From Candidatus Poribacteria bacterium (GTDB lineage: Bacteria > Poribacteria > WGA-4E > JAJDTR01), in the NCBI GenBank assembly GCA_965222225.1, contig CBDCTK010000002.1, forward strand, positions 480,001-544,000: 64,000 nt of DNA. The letters are read 5' to 3'. Under the pieces are notes generated by a model. It was given only the letters and a program-made list of their open reading frames with translations, was not told the DNA's origin and made no database searches. Shown here piece after piece: positions 1-10,603 of the stretch (its first letter is position 1; each line of letters opens with the position of its first letter). The translations under genes were made by a program, and so were the position numbers.

Positions 1-2
1 GC

Positions 3-1610
3 GGTGCAGAGCATTATGGTACTATTTATGCTTTTGCGGAGTCCTCTCATACACCCGGCGTATTCTGGGCAGGCAGCGATGATGGCATTATTCACATCTC
101 TAGGAATGGCGGAGCGAGCTGGGAGAACATTACACCAACCGATTTGCCCGAATGGTCGTTGATTCATAAGATTGAACTCTCCGTCCATGACAGAGGAACT
201 GCTTATGTTGCAGCTACCCGTTACAAACTGGACGATTACCAGCCATATCTTTACAAAACAGAAGACTACGGTGCAACGTGGAGGATTATCAGTGAAAACT
301 TTCCTGATGGCGAGATTACTCGTGTCATTCGCGAAGACCCGATTCGGAAGCATTTGCTTTACGTCGGGACTGAAACCGGCGTCTTCGTTTCATTTGACGA
401 TGGCGAAAACTGGGGGTGCTTACAGTCGAACTTGCCCGTTGTCCCTGTCTACGACATGGTCGTCAAAGACAATGAGCTTGTCATTGCGACCCATGGCAGA
501 TCGTTCTGGATTCTTGATGATTTGACACCATTGCGTCAACTTACTGACGAGGTTACGCAAAGTCCAGTTCATCTATTTGAACCACCTGCCACCTATCGGC
601 GGTACCTGCAATGGAGTGCCAGGGGATTCCGAAGCGGGACCGGAAAGAACTACATGGTTGGTCTCGGGGCAGCAGCAACCTTTTATGAGGATAAACTGTC
701 TCAAGGGGGACGTACTCGGAGATTTATTGATGCTGGCGAGGGACCACCTGCCGGCGTTGTCATTCATTATCTACTCAAGGATGCTCCTACAGAAGAAATA
801 ACACTGACAATCCTTGATAGCCAAGGCGAAGAAATCTCAACCGTCGCAAGCTCAAGTGAGGAATGCGGTGAAACGACAGAAGATAGCGATACCGACGCCG
901 GGACTCGGGATACCGGGGCGAAACGCCTTTTGTCCGCCGATTACGGATTGAACCGTTTTGTGTGGGATATGCGATACCCCGATGCAACAGAGGTTGCCGA
1001 GGGTGCCTCAGAAGAACCGGGGAATCCGCTAGACAGAGAAAGCGGTGGGCCGCTTGCACCGCCCGGAGTGTATCAAGCACAACTGAAAGTGGGCGACCGG
1101 TTATACACTCAATCTTTCGAGTTACTCAAAGATCCGCGCGTGTCCGCCACTCAGGAGGATTTTGAAGCCCAGTTTAGATTGTGGTGCGATATCCGTGACA
1201 AAATATCTGAGACGCATGAGGGAATTAATATGCTCCGCCACATTAGACAACAGGTAGAGGAGTGGAATCGACGTGCGACAGAGAACGCTGAGTACGAAAC
1301 AATCTCTGAGGCGGCGGATGCGTTGTTGGAGAAACTCAAAGCGATTGAAATGGAGCTTATCCAGACTGATCCCGATGCAGAAACCGGACGTCTACGCATG
1401 CCAGTTCGACTGAACGCAAAGTTGGAGGATTTGACGAGTGTAGTGTCCTGTGTTGATGCCGCACCACCGAAACAGGTTTACGAGGTTTTTGAACATCTCT
1501 CTAGTATGGTTGATGAGCATCTCTCGAAACTTCAATCACTAATCGAGGCGGATGTCGCTGAGTTCAACGCACTGGTTGATGCCGCGAACTTGCCCGCTGT
1601 CGGCGTATAA
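3..1610 (+). CDS. BNR/Asp-box (sortilin/VPS10-like) beta-propeller glycosyl hydrolase-like protein, 5'-partial
   Basis: Frame is open from base 3 (GAEHYGTIYAFAES...WAGSDDGIIHISRNGGASWENITP). Asp-box motifs SRNGGASW, TEDYGATW, SFDDGENW; THGRSFWILDD; GLNRFVWDMRY and C-terminal helical region typical of this family. Confidence 0.85.
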   Translation, partial: GAEHYGTIYAFAESSHTPGVFWAGSDDGIIHISRNGGASWENITPTDLPEWSLIHKIELSVHDRGTAYVAATRYKLDDYQPYLYKTEDYGATWRIISENFPDGEITRVIREDPIRKHLLYVGTETGVFVSFDDGENWGCLQSNLPVVPVYDMVVKDNELVIATHGRSFWILDDLTPLRQLTDEVTQSPVHLFEPPATYRRYLQWSARGFRSGTGKNYMVGLGAAATFYEDKLSQGGRTRRFIDAGEGPPAGVVIHYLLKDAPTEEITLTILDSQGEEISTVASSSEECGETTEDSDTDAGTRDTGAKRLLSADYGLNRFVWDMRYPDATEVAEGASEEPGNPLDRESGGPLAPPGVYQAQLKVGDRLYTQSFELLKDPRVSATQEDFEAQFRLWCDIRDKISETHEGINMLRHIRQQVEEWNRRATENAEYETISEAADALLEKLKAIEMELIQTDPDAETGRLRMPVRLNAKLEDLTSVVSCVDAAPPKQVYEVFEHLSSMVDEHLSKLQSLIEADVAEFNALVDAANLPAVGV

Positions 1611-1697
1611 GTCTGTTTGAGTCTAGATGATTTGCAATTCTTAGTATATTCGTAGATTGAACCACTCGTACCCGCGCGCCACTTAATTGTCTGTTTT

Positions 1698-2894
1698 ATG
1701 AAGCATCGCCACAACTTTATTAGTATTACGGTTGCCGATTTCATTGTTAGATCAGCATACCAGATTGGCAAGACACCAATCCTGCCGATTTTCGCGGCGA
1801 GGTTAGGCGCCCCTTGGACGTTACTCGGATTTATAGTCTCCGTCTCCACAATGACGGGTATCGTGCTTAAACCAGCCGTTGGAATCCTCTCCGACCGCTG
1901 GGGGCGACATTCGTGGCTTTTCGCGGGGACTATACTTTTTGCCGGAGTGCCGTTTCTGTATCGATTCGTCCAAACACCGGACGAACTTTTTGGCATTCGC
2001 GTCCTCCACGGTCTAGCCACAGCCATTTATGGACCCGTAACATTGGCCTTCGTTGCCGAGCAGACGGAGACTAAACGTGCTGAAAAACTAGGTTGGTTCG
2101 GCATGGCGCGCCAGGCTGGTTACATCCTTGGGCCTGCAATTGGTGGCTGGCTGCTGCTGACGATGGAACCGGTCTCCGTTTTCACACTAATAGGACTGTT
2201 TAGCTGCTTTGCGTTCATTCCAGTCGTTTTGTTGAGAAAACAGCCTGCGCATTCTTGGATTGTGCGCCCGCCAATCGGTCAGCAAGTCGTAATGGCGCTA
2301 AAGGCTGGTCTCAACACACCGTCCATCTGGTTATCCGGTACCCTCGAATCGGCATTGTTTATTGCTCTATATGCAACAAAGGCATTTCTACCGGTGTATG
2401 CTAGTTCGTTAGGTATTAGCGTTGCCCTGATTGGGACATTCTTCGCTATCCAAGAGGGAACGCACATGATTTTGAAGCCTTTGGGTGGACACATCGGGGA
2501 CCGTTTTGGCTATATCGGGGCCATATACGTCGGCATGATTTTGGTGGGCATCGGGCTTCCGCTACTCACGTTCGCCAACGGTATGTTAAGCCTTGCCGTG
2601 TTAGCTATGATTATTGGCGCGGGTCAGGCTTTCGTTTTCCCGTCTACCGTTGCGCTAGTGTCAGCCCAGATTGACTCGGCGTATACTGGAGCTGGCATGG
2701 GGTTAATCGGTATGCTGAAAAATGCCGGTAAAGTCGCCGGGCCGATTCTGGGTGGCATTCTGATTGATCAGTTTGACTTCAAGCAGATGTTTCAGTTGAT
2801 GGGAGTACTGTTGTTGCTGGGCGCTGCCTTGATGTGGTATTGGGGACAACGTGATCCGAACCACATCGCTGTTAAAATGAGCGCCCAAGAGTGA
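1698..2894 (+). CDS. MFS transporter
   Basis: About 12 hydrophobic segments; motif A GILSDRWGR and second-half GHIGDRFG. Confidence 0.9.
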   Translation: MKHRHNFISITVADFIVRSAYQIGKTPILPIFAARLGAPWTLLGFIVSVSTMTGIVLKPAVGILSDRWGRHSWLFAGTILFAGVPFLYRFVQTPDELFGIRVLHGLATAIYGPVTLAFVAEQTETKRAEKLGWFGMARQAGYILGPAIGGWLLLTMEPVSVFTLIGLFSCFAFIPVVLLRKQPAHSWIVRPPIGQQVVMALKAGLNTPSIWLSGTLESALFIALYATKAFLPVYASSLGISVALIGTFFAIQEGTHMILKPLGGHIGDRFGYIGAIYVGMILVGIGLPLLTFANGMLSLAVLAMIIGAGQAFVFPSTVALVSAQIDSAYTGAGMGLIGMLKNAGKVAGPILGGILIDQFDFKQMFQLMGVLLLLGAALMWYWGQRDPNHIAVKMSAQE

Positions 2895-3419
2895 GGAGAT
2901 GGGAAAAAATCCTGAATGCACTAATTATTTTTGGCCCAAACCCGCAAAAGTGCATCCGAAACTGTGTTATAGTGAAAGATTGTAATTTCACATGCTTGGT
3001 ACAGCATTGTGTGAACCGCAATCTTATCCCATACCGCTCCTCAGCGGGGAAGGGGGTATTGAAAATGAAATCACCGAGGTGGTGTGACTGTTGATGTCAC
3101 TCTTCAGGCTAGCGGAGTGAAGGGCTTTGCCCTCCACTCCGTTGCCATACATATACTGAACACAAGACAGGTATTAACTATCAGCGCTGCTCGATCGATG
3201 TTCCCTTCCTGCACTCTGTGACCTGTGCTTGGGAGGCGCGACACGTTGTAGCGTAAAGAGTTGTAAGTTCGTTCCATCTAACCGAACACTGGGTTTTATT
3301 TAAGAGTCACAGTTCTGGACGTTCCGAAAATGAGCATTGACTTACGAAAACGTCGGACCTAATAACCGACCGCACAAAATTCTTCAGGCAGCATTCTGAA
3401 GATGAGAAAGGAGGCAACA

Positions 3420-3509
3420 GTGATAAATTTAATTGTGCATCCACAAATTCAGCTTAATGGATGCCACACGATACTCGGCACCGGTACCTCTGCCCCCCGC
3501 CTTACATAA
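3420..3509 (+). CDS. putative 29-aa small ORF (MINLIVHPQIQLNGCHTILGTGTSAPRLT)
   Basis: Strong SD AAAGGAGG 5 nt before GTG at 3420; TAA at 3507-3509. Below the ORF-track cutoff. Confidence 0.4.
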   Translation: MINLIVHPQIQLNGCHTILGTGTSAPRLT

Positions 3510-3611
3510 ACTGCTCACCACAACATCTCCCGATGCGATTGGGACGAGACGTTTGACCGGCTGTGGCATAGGTACCTTCTGACTCGCTTTATATGAAGGA
3601 GAAAACCGTCT

Positions 3612-3986
3612 ATGCCGCGATTCAACCCGGATTTCTGGGAAATCCTTGTTCCATCGACCTATTTGCATCAGTTCTGTAACGAAGACCAACTTCAGTACGA
3701 ATCCCCCGAACATCGCGAACTACAAATTGAACGCCAAGTCGAAAAGCAGTCAGTGTTAGCGCAGATTCGTGAAATCATTGGTGAGGAACTCACTGCTATC
3801 CAGCGAAATTGTGTTATGCTCCACTATTTTGAAGGGCAAACCCAAGAACAAATTGCGTCGACACTCGGAATCTCAAGGCGCGTGGTGAGTCAGCATCTTT
3901 TTGGCGTGAAACGGAATGGAAAGCGTGTTGGCGGTGCAATCAACAAGATTCGCAAAGTTTGCACAAAACGGGGGGTATGGTTATAA
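3612..3986 (+). CDS. stand-alone sigma-70 region 4 / HTH protein
   Basis: LTAIQRNCVMLHYFEGQTQEQIASTLGISRRVVSQHL matches sigma region 4; SD AAGGAG upstream; no region 2. Confidence 0.8.
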   Translation: MPRFNPDFWEILVPSTYLHQFCNEDQLQYESPEHRELQIERQVEKQSVLAQIREIIGEELTAIQRNCVMLHYFEGQTQEQIASTLGISRRVVSQHLFGVKRNGKRVGGAINKIRKVCTKRGVWL

Positions 3987-4466
3987 ATTGTTGTTCTTAG
4001 CGAGTTCTACAATTCGAGAATTTAACCTTATTGATGCCATGGATTTCTGGGCCAAATCGGTATGCGTCTAGCACAACCATTTTGCACCAAATCGGCCAAA
4101 AACAGAAGAGGTTCTGCACCATTTCTTCCAGCCTAATCAGATACGTTTCACTGGGACGAGACCTTACTGCTTTAGTCGCGAATCCAAGGCTCTGGATTTC
4201 GAAGAGTGTAAAACGTCCCATTCAGCTACTAACTCGCGCAAGGTCTCTGTGTCATGTTGACGCTTCACGTTAGTTAATGTTATTATTTTGTTTCCCCGCA
4301 TGCCGAAGTCGGTGTATTTCGAATATGTCGGTTCAAGAGCAACCAACTCAGTTAACCTAAGTTGCGCCTTATGGAAATTGTGGGGTGTGCGGTTTTTGGG
4401 TTTTGTATTGCGATTTTGTGCATAATCTCGCCCGCGGGGCGGGCTAGAAGGGATCTCTATCGCGGT

Positions 4467-4535
4467 GGAATCTCTATCGTCCTCGCTATTCCCTCGGTTG
4501 ATCACTCCATATTCAGTCGCTCGATCCCAACCTAC
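4467..4535. repeat. dispersed intergenic repeat, copy A
   Basis: Core ctctatcgtcctcgctattccctcggttgatca recurs with mismatches near 17968 and 60063; ends in CCTAC. Confidence 0.6.
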
Positions 4536-4583
4536 AGAAAGAGAGCGCAATTATTCGATTTAAAGATACGGAAGGTTTGATTG

Positions 4584-5348
4584 ATGACTAAAAAGACGAA
4601 CCATATAAACCGAACACCTGTTCTAGTGTCTTGGTCTTCGGGCAAGGATTCCGCTTGGGCATTTTAAACGCTGTGGAAGCAGCCGGAACTCTATACGGTT
4701 CGCGGTGTGTTCACTACCGTAACCAAGACATTTGATAGGGTTTCCATACACTCTACACCGTCGTGGGTTCTAAAGGAGCAAGCCGAAAAACTAGGTGTCC
4801 CTTTGTACGAGATACTGATACCTTATCCCTGTTCCAATGCACAGTATGAAGACGCAATGCGCGCATTCCTTGACCAAGTGAAAGTATTACCGGAAGATTT
4901 GGGAGCGACACACTTCGCATTCGGAGATCTCTTTCTGGAGGACATTCGCCAGTATCGGGAGGATAAACTGCGCGGGACAGGCTTTACGCCGATTTTTCCG
5001 GTATGGAGTCAGGACACAGCCACACTCGCCCAAGAAATGATTGATTCTGGAGTGCGGGCGATTGTAACAGCCCTTAATCCAACCAAGCTGCCGGAGGAAT
5101 TCGCCGGCAGATGGTTCGATTCCAAGTTTCTCGCGGACTTACCTGAGGGGGTAGACCCGCTAGGCGAGAACGGAGAGTTTCATACTGGCGTCGTTGACGG
5201 TCCAATGCTCAGCGCACCTATCAAAGCGAAACCCGGCAGAATTGTTAAGCGAGATATTGTTTCCGCTTCTAACGACAGCGATGATAATATTCACGCCGGG
5301 AACAGTTCGCCGACTTATGTCTATGCGGATGTAGTGCCCTTGCTCTGA
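4584..5348 (+). pseudogene. Dph6/MJ0570-family ATP pyrophosphatase (adenine nucleotide alpha hydrolase) interrupted by in-frame TAA at 4665-4667
   Basis: ATG 4584 gives MTKKTNHINRTPVLVSWSSGKDSAWAF*TLWKQPELYTVRGVFTT in the same frame as ORF 4707..5348. PP-loop SSGKDS lies before the stop; FGDLFLEDIRQYRE and DPLGENGEFHT lie after. Confidence 0.8.
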
Positions 5349-5739
5349 TGCTTTGTACCACGCTTGACGCATTCTGTTGCACACTGTTACCCATTTCAGA
5401 GGCATTCAGTCGAAAACGCAGAACTGGAACAGGAGGCGGGAATTCAAAACAGATGCGCACCGATTCTCACACGTAATCAACTGAAAGCTAGTTTTCCCGA
5501 AAATTGGCATTATTATTGCTATAAGTTCGAGTATAGTGAGAATCTACTAACTTCGAGACAGTGGGGAAATTCAGTTAAAACGCTGATTTTCTCAAATTTT
5601 GAAACGGATAAAGTAGAATAAACGTCACAATTTGATACAGTTTTGTATGAAATACAGGACACGGAATTGAGACCGATATCCAAAAAAAGCGAATACAATA
5701 CCGTTGACGCTTTGAACGTTATATGATGAGAGACTGAAA

Positions 5740-5964
5740 ATGGAAGCAAAACACCTAGAAGGTAACCAACCGAACTTTTACGAACTCTCTCTACTCTTGG
5801 CAAGCAGCCAGTCCAGAGACTACGCAAGTGGCGAGACTGACTGGGAGAGTTTTATTAACAATCTGTCGCGTATATCCGATGAGTTCGCAGCTCAGATTCA
5901 ATCGGAAGAGAAATCGTGGCAGGAGACATTGCGCTCAGATTATAGACCGGTCTATCAGGTATAA
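5740..5964 (+). CDS. small acidic hypothetical protein (74 aa)
   Basis: ATG start, helical acidic composition, followed directly by an intrinsic terminator. Confidence 0.6.
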   Translation: MEAKHLEGNQPNFYELSLLLASSQSRDYASGETDWESFINNLSRISDEFAAQIQSEEKSWQETLRSDYRPVYQV

Positions 5965-6006
5965 TACCTCTTCGATTACCGGATTTTCTGACTGAAACAG
6001 ACGACT

Positions 6007-6040
6007 AGCGGCTAAGATATAATATCTTAGCCGCTTTTTT
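6007..6040 (+). terminator. rho-independent terminator
   Basis: AGCGGCTAAGATAT-A-ATATCTTAGCCGCT inverted repeat followed by a T-tract. Confidence 0.85.
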
Positions 6041-6320
6041 GTTCTCCGATGTGGCCCTTCTGATAATCCCCGATAAAACCAAAACGCGTTACAGATATGC
6101 TACAATTGTGTCAAAACCGAGTGACGCTAGTGTAATCTTATATACGCTTTTCGCGTTTTTCATACTCGCCACACCCACGTCTGGCATTGTAGTTCAAGGG
6201 TGCGCACGTTGGGAGAATGTATTCAACGTTCATCCACCTACCTCTCTCCAAAGTTCTTCTACGTCGATTGACAATTTCCGAATCGTTAGTCAAATTCGGT
6301 TTACCCTTGAGCCAACGGTG

Positions 6321-7283
6321 TCATGTTGCGACCGTGCTTTGGCGAATTGACTGTTGATAGACCGAATGAGCGTCTTCCGGGCTCAATTGCTCATCCAGCA
6401 CGCTTCGAAGAGCTCTTGCAATACCCACAGGAGATTCTTCGCCGAAAATGGTGCGCCCGAACAAAATCGCACGACCTCCGTTTTGAATGACGTTGCTAGC
6501 AAGCTGCAGCGTCTTGCGAGCATTTTCGCGTGGCCCGCCCAATGCCCCGATAATGAGTGTAGGGTCAAATTGTGTTAGCTCTCTCCAAACCTTAGCAGTC
6601 GTATACGCAGTTTTGATGAAACGTGGTCTCTGAAGTTTGCGGAGGTAATTCATGGTCCGAACAATTGAATCTGCAACGTACATTCCCCGTTTCTCATCGT
6701 CTAAGCCGGGCAGTTTGATATTCGGCAGAAAAACCTCCAAAATGTGATCGAATCCCTTCATCTCACCCACCGTGTGTGCGAACTGGATATAGGCGTTGAG
6801 CATTCGTTCATCAGCAACCACATCGTTGTTCAGTGTGATTGAATATAACCCAAGCGAGACACGGCATTCCAGTGCGGGTGCCACAAGAGTCTCGCAATAG
6901 GCTTGTGCATCGTCCGGGAATACGGTTTGGAATGGTCTCGAATGCTGAGATTGATAGGCGCCGAAGCGTGGACTCCAGATGGCAGTCTCCGCGTTCATGC
7001 GTACCAGCGGTGTCACCGGCATACTATCGAAGAGCACCTCCTCAAGTGCGAGCACTTCAGCATCGGCAGGTGTCATCAATAATCCATCTATACTTCCATC
7101 CGCCACGAGGTCGCGCTGCAACTGCAAGAATTCTGGGCGGGTGCGATGGTGCGGTTTTGGGCGCTGCACATACCCAAGCCCCTGTATCCCAACCGCCGCA
7201 AGCGGATCGGCGGCAAATACAAAAATTGGACTAGCGTCAAGATGGTCGCTGTTCTCTAGTTTCTCAAATACACGATCTCCCAT
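6321..7283 (-). CDS. class I (DhnA-like) aldolase TIM-barrel protein
   Basis: FIKTAY putative Schiff-base Lys; ALGGP and GGRAILFGRTIF match the DhnA/FbaB C-terminus. Confidence 0.65.
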   Translation of the reverse strand: MGDRVFEKLENSDHLDASPIFVFAADPLAAVGIQGLGYVQRPKPHHRTRPEFLQLQRDLVADGSIDGLLMTPADAEVLALEEVLFDSMPVTPLVRMNAETAIWSPRFGAYQSQHSRPFQTVFPDDAQAYCETLVAPALECRVSLGLYSITLNNDVVADERMLNAYIQFAHTVGEMKGFDHILEVFLPNIKLPGLDDEKRGMYVADSIVRTMNYLRKLQRPRFIKTAYTTAKVWRELTQFDPTLIIGALGGPRENARKTLQLASNVIQNGGRAILFGRTIFGEESPVGIARALRSVLDEQLSPEDAHSVYQQSIRQSTVAT

Positions 7284-7354
7284 AATCTTCTCCTGATTGA
7301 AGGTGCAATTTTGAAGCTCTGAATCAAGGCGTTGTTGTCATCATTATTCCTGGT

Positions 7355-9823
7355 TTACAAGACAGTCACCGGATCGATGTCGACTACCAAATCTATATTT
7401 CTGGGTATAGGGGGCGAGGCGTTGCTGCGCACTGCTTGTCGAATAAATTCACGTAACTTTTCAACGTTGGAATTTCTCAGAAAGAAATGCCATCGAAACT
7501 TTCCCATAATCTTCGACAATGGGGCGGCAACGGGACCGCGAATCTCAACATCCGGGAACCGTTGTGTCTTGAGCATTTTTAAGCGCTCAAAGATTGTGTT
7601 GGCTAGACGGATGACGTCTGCTTCAACTTCGCCACGGAGCAACAGGGTCGCAGCATGAGTGAGAGGTGGATAGAACAATTCTTCTCGATACGCAATCTCT
7701 TGTCGGTAAAAACTTTGGTAGTCATGGGTTTTCGACGCTTGAACGCTGTAGTGCTTGGGCATGTAGGTTTGGATAATCACGTCGCCTCCGGCTTTGCCAC
7801 GTCCGGATCTTCCTGCAACCTGCGTTAATAGATTGAAAGATCGCTCGCCCGCGCGGAAGTCAGGGAAATTCAAGGCTGTATCCGCAGAGATAACGCCCAC
7901 GAGGGTAACATTCGGAAAATCCAATCCCTTGGCAATCATCTGTGTTCCCACGAGGATGTCAATCTCGCGTGACTTAAACGCCTCAAGAATCTTTAGGTGT
8001 GCGTCTTTACGCGATGTTGAATCAGCGTCCATCCGCTTCACACATGCTTGCGGAAAAGCCTTAATTGTGTCCCGTTCAACTTGCTCGGTTCCTAATCCAA
8101 AGTAGCGCATGTAGGCACTACCGCACTGAGGACAGAGATTGGATGTGGCTCGTGCGTCTCCACAGTGATGACACATCATCAATTTTGTATCAAAGTGAAA
8201 TGTCAATGAAATCGAACAGTTATCACATCGTTCAGCGAACCCACAGGCGCGGCAGAAGACATAAGAGGAAAAACCGCGCCGATTCAGGAACAGAATAATC
8301 TGTTCATTCTTGGCAAGCCTGTCTTTTATGTCATTTCGCAACATCGTTGAAAAAATCGTGCGGTTGTTTTGCTTCAACTCATTGCACATATCTACGATTC
8401 GTACCGGCGGCATCTTGATATTATTGACTCGCGATGGAAGGCTTAGGAGATGGTATTCTCCGAGTTGGGCGCGATAGAAACTTTCTAACGATGGAGTTGC
8501 GCTTCCCAACACTAGCGGACAATTTGCAAGTTCCGATCGTTTCGCAGCCACGTCTCGCGCGTGGTATCGAGGTGCGGTGTCTTCCTGCTTATACGACGTT
8601 TCATGCTCTTCATCAACCACGATGATACCGAGATTTACCACAGGTGCAAAAACGGCTGACCTGGGCCCAACCACAATGTCGGCGTTTCCCATCCGTATGC
8701 GATGCCACTGATCGAAACGTTCACCATCTGAAAGATTGCTGTGTAAAATTGCCACACGAGATCCAAACCGACCGACAAATCGAGAAACCATCTGAGGCGT
8801 GAGGGCAATCTCGGGTACCAACACGATAGCGCCCCTCCCGCATTCGATGACTCTATTGATTGCTTGCATATAGACTTCTGTCTTGCCGCTCCCGGTAACT
8901 CCATGGAGGAGAAAAACCTCATGCTGATTGTTCTCTATTGCACCTTGGATTGCTTTCAACGCTGCCAGTTGATCGGCGTTGAGAATAGACGCCCGAGTTG
9001 GAGAGACAGGTTCGAGGCTTAACGGATTTCGCAGAACCTCGACAGAGTCAATCTTGATAAGTTTCTTTTTCTCAAGTTGCCTAAGCGTTGTCAAGCTTGT
9101 TCGTGCCTGTTGTGTTATTTCACTTGTGGAAATTGATGTCTTGGTTTCAAGCAGGGAACGTAAAATCTCAATCTGCTTCGTCGCTTGCTTTGTGAAGGAT
9201 TCGATTGCCGATTCAATCTCAGGGACGGATTTTGCGAGCGAAACAATTTTCTCGGTTTTCGGCTTGGTCTTTATGCTCAGGTCTGACTTGATTTCAACTA
9301 TACCTTTGCCCTGCAAGATGGAGAGTGCACGGTTCAACCTCGAATTTCCACCTCGCAGCCTCGCTGTTAGCTGGTTTGGAGATAGACTGCCGAAAGTTCG
9401 CAGTGTACGGAGAATTTCCGCCTGAACCGGCGCTCGTTTTCCCAACGCTTCAATTTGCTCATCAGTTGCTAGTAAATGCACCATCCGGCGCCGATAACTG
9501 CGTATTGTTGCAGGCACGGCGCAATTCAGGGCCTCTCCGTGGGAAGATAAATAATATCCGGCCATCCACTTAGTTAGCGTAATCAGTTCCGGAGAGAATG
9601 TTGGCGGACCGTCTAAACAATCAGAGAGGTACTTAATCTCAATGGAATGGTCGGGTAGGACTGGTTCATGTAGTAGGGCAACGATAACCCCTTCCAGAAG
9701 ACGTCTTCTGAGTGGGGCAACTACACGGCTGCCACAATGTACGATGGATTTTAGTCGATCGGGGATAACGTAGGTGAAGGCGAGATCCTGAGGCAGTGGA
9801 AAAACAACGCTTGCATAGTTCAT
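7355..9823 (-). CDS. priA: primosomal protein N' (helicase)
   Basis: GVTGSGKTEVY, VPEIALTPQ, DEEH, CxxC zinc motifs, QVAGRSGR. Confidence 0.97.
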   Translation of the reverse strand: MNYASVVFPLPQDLAFTYVIPDRLKSIVHCGSRVVAPLRRRLLEGVIVALLHEPVLPDHSIEIKYLSDCLDGPPTFSPELITLTKWMAGYYLSSHGEALNCAVPATIRSYRRRMVHLLATDEQIEALGKRAPVQAEILRTLRTFGSLSPNQLTARLRGGNSRLNRALSILQGKGIVEIKSDLSIKTKPKTEKIVSLAKSVPEIESAIESFTKQATKQIEILRSLLETKTSISTSEITQQARTSLTTLRQLEKKKLIKIDSVEVLRNPLSLEPVSPTRASILNADQLAALKAIQGAIENNQHEVFLLHGVTGSGKTEVYMQAINRVIECGRGAIVLVPEIALTPQMVSRFVGRFGSRVAILHSNLSDGERFDQWHRIRMGNADIVVGPRSAVFAPVVNLGIIVVDEEHETSYKQEDTAPRYHARDVAAKRSELANCPLVLGSATPSLESFYRAQLGEYHLLSLPSRVNNIKMPPVRIVDMCNELKQNNRTIFSTMLRNDIKDRLAKNEQIILFLNRRGFSSYVFCRACGFAERCDNCSISLTFHFDTKLMMCHHCGDARATSNLCPQCGSAYMRYFGLGTEQVERDTIKAFPQACVKRMDADSTSRKDAHLKILEAFKSREIDILVGTQMIAKGLDFPNVTLVGVISADTALNFPDFRAGERSFNLLTQVAGRSGRGKAGGDVIIQTYMPKHYSVQASKTHDYQSFYRQEIAYREELFYPPLTHAATLLLRGEVEADVIRLANTIFERLKMLKTQRFPDVEIRGPVAAPLSKIMGKFRWHFFLRNSNVEKLREFIRQAVRSNASPPIPRNIDLVVDIDPVTVL

Positions 9824-9889
9824 GAGAATAGCGCATCAATGGCGGGGGATGACGGGGTGAATGTATCAGACATTCGTGAATCCCATGAC

Positions 9890-10603
9890 CTATTGACCGG
9901 TTTCCGCGGTTTGACTTGTTCCCAGTTCAGCCATGACCTTCTTCATGTCTTCCCAAACCTCCTTCTTTGATTGTGGGTTACGGAGAAGAAAGGCGGGATG
10001 GTAGGTCGGCATGAGTTTGGCACCGTGGTAGTCATGGAATCTGCCCCGCAGTCTCGAGATTTTTTCGTCGGTGTGCAACAAAGCTTGCGCGGCAAAACTC
10101 CCGAGCGCGCAGATAACTTTGGGTTGAATTAGTTCGACCTGTTTGAGTAGAAAAGGCTCACACGTCTCAATTTCGATTGGCTTCGGGTTTCGATTGCCTG
10201 GCGGACGACATTTGATTACGTTTGCAATATAGACTTCGTCGCGAGTAAGCCCCATCGCCTCAATTATCTTGGTGAGAAGTTGACCTGCGCGGCCAACAAA
10301 GGGCTCGCCTTGTTGATCTTCGTCCGCTCCCGGTGCTTCACCGGCAAACATGAGATTCGCATTCTCATTTCCCGTTCCAAACACAACCGTGTTGCGGGTT
10401 GCGTGCAACTCACACCGCTCACAAGCCATTGCTTCGCCTCGCAACCGACTCATGTCGAAATCTGCGAATAGAGATTGCATTTCCGGTTCAGCTGGTTCCG
10501 TTTCCGCCAGTTCCTCGAAACCGAGTTGCATCTGTTCTTCCACGAATTCCCTCACTGTCGCAACAACCTGCAAGTATTCTTGAACGGCGTCCTGATCTGG
10601 CAT
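9890..10603 (-). CDS. udg: uracil-DNA glycosylase family 4 (Fe-S)
   Basis: CERCEL, GEAPGADED, PFVGRAGQLL, KCRPPGNR, YHPAFLLRNP. Confidence 0.93.
   Translation of the reverse strand: MPDQDAVQEYLQVVATVREFVEEQMQLGFEELAETEPAEPEMQSLFADFDMSRLRGEAMACERCELHATRNTVVFGTGNENANLMFAGEAPGADEDQQGEPFVGRAGQLLTKIIEAMGLTRDEVYIANVIKCRPPGNRNPKPIEIETCEPFLLKQVELIQPKVICALGSFAAQALLHTDEKISRLRGRFHDYHGAKLMPTYHPAFLLRNPQSKKEVWEDMKKVMAELGTSQTAETGQ

Noticed and set aside
3997-4580. Several overlapping 70-130-aa ORFs
   Set aside because: No SD or motifs; they overlap the dispersed repeat and are likely spurious.
5346-5621. TGA-TGC followed by an open frame after the Dph6-like gene (possible Sec readthrough)
   Set aside because: The family ends naturally at YADVVPLL; no clear SECIS; the downstream translation is not protein-like.
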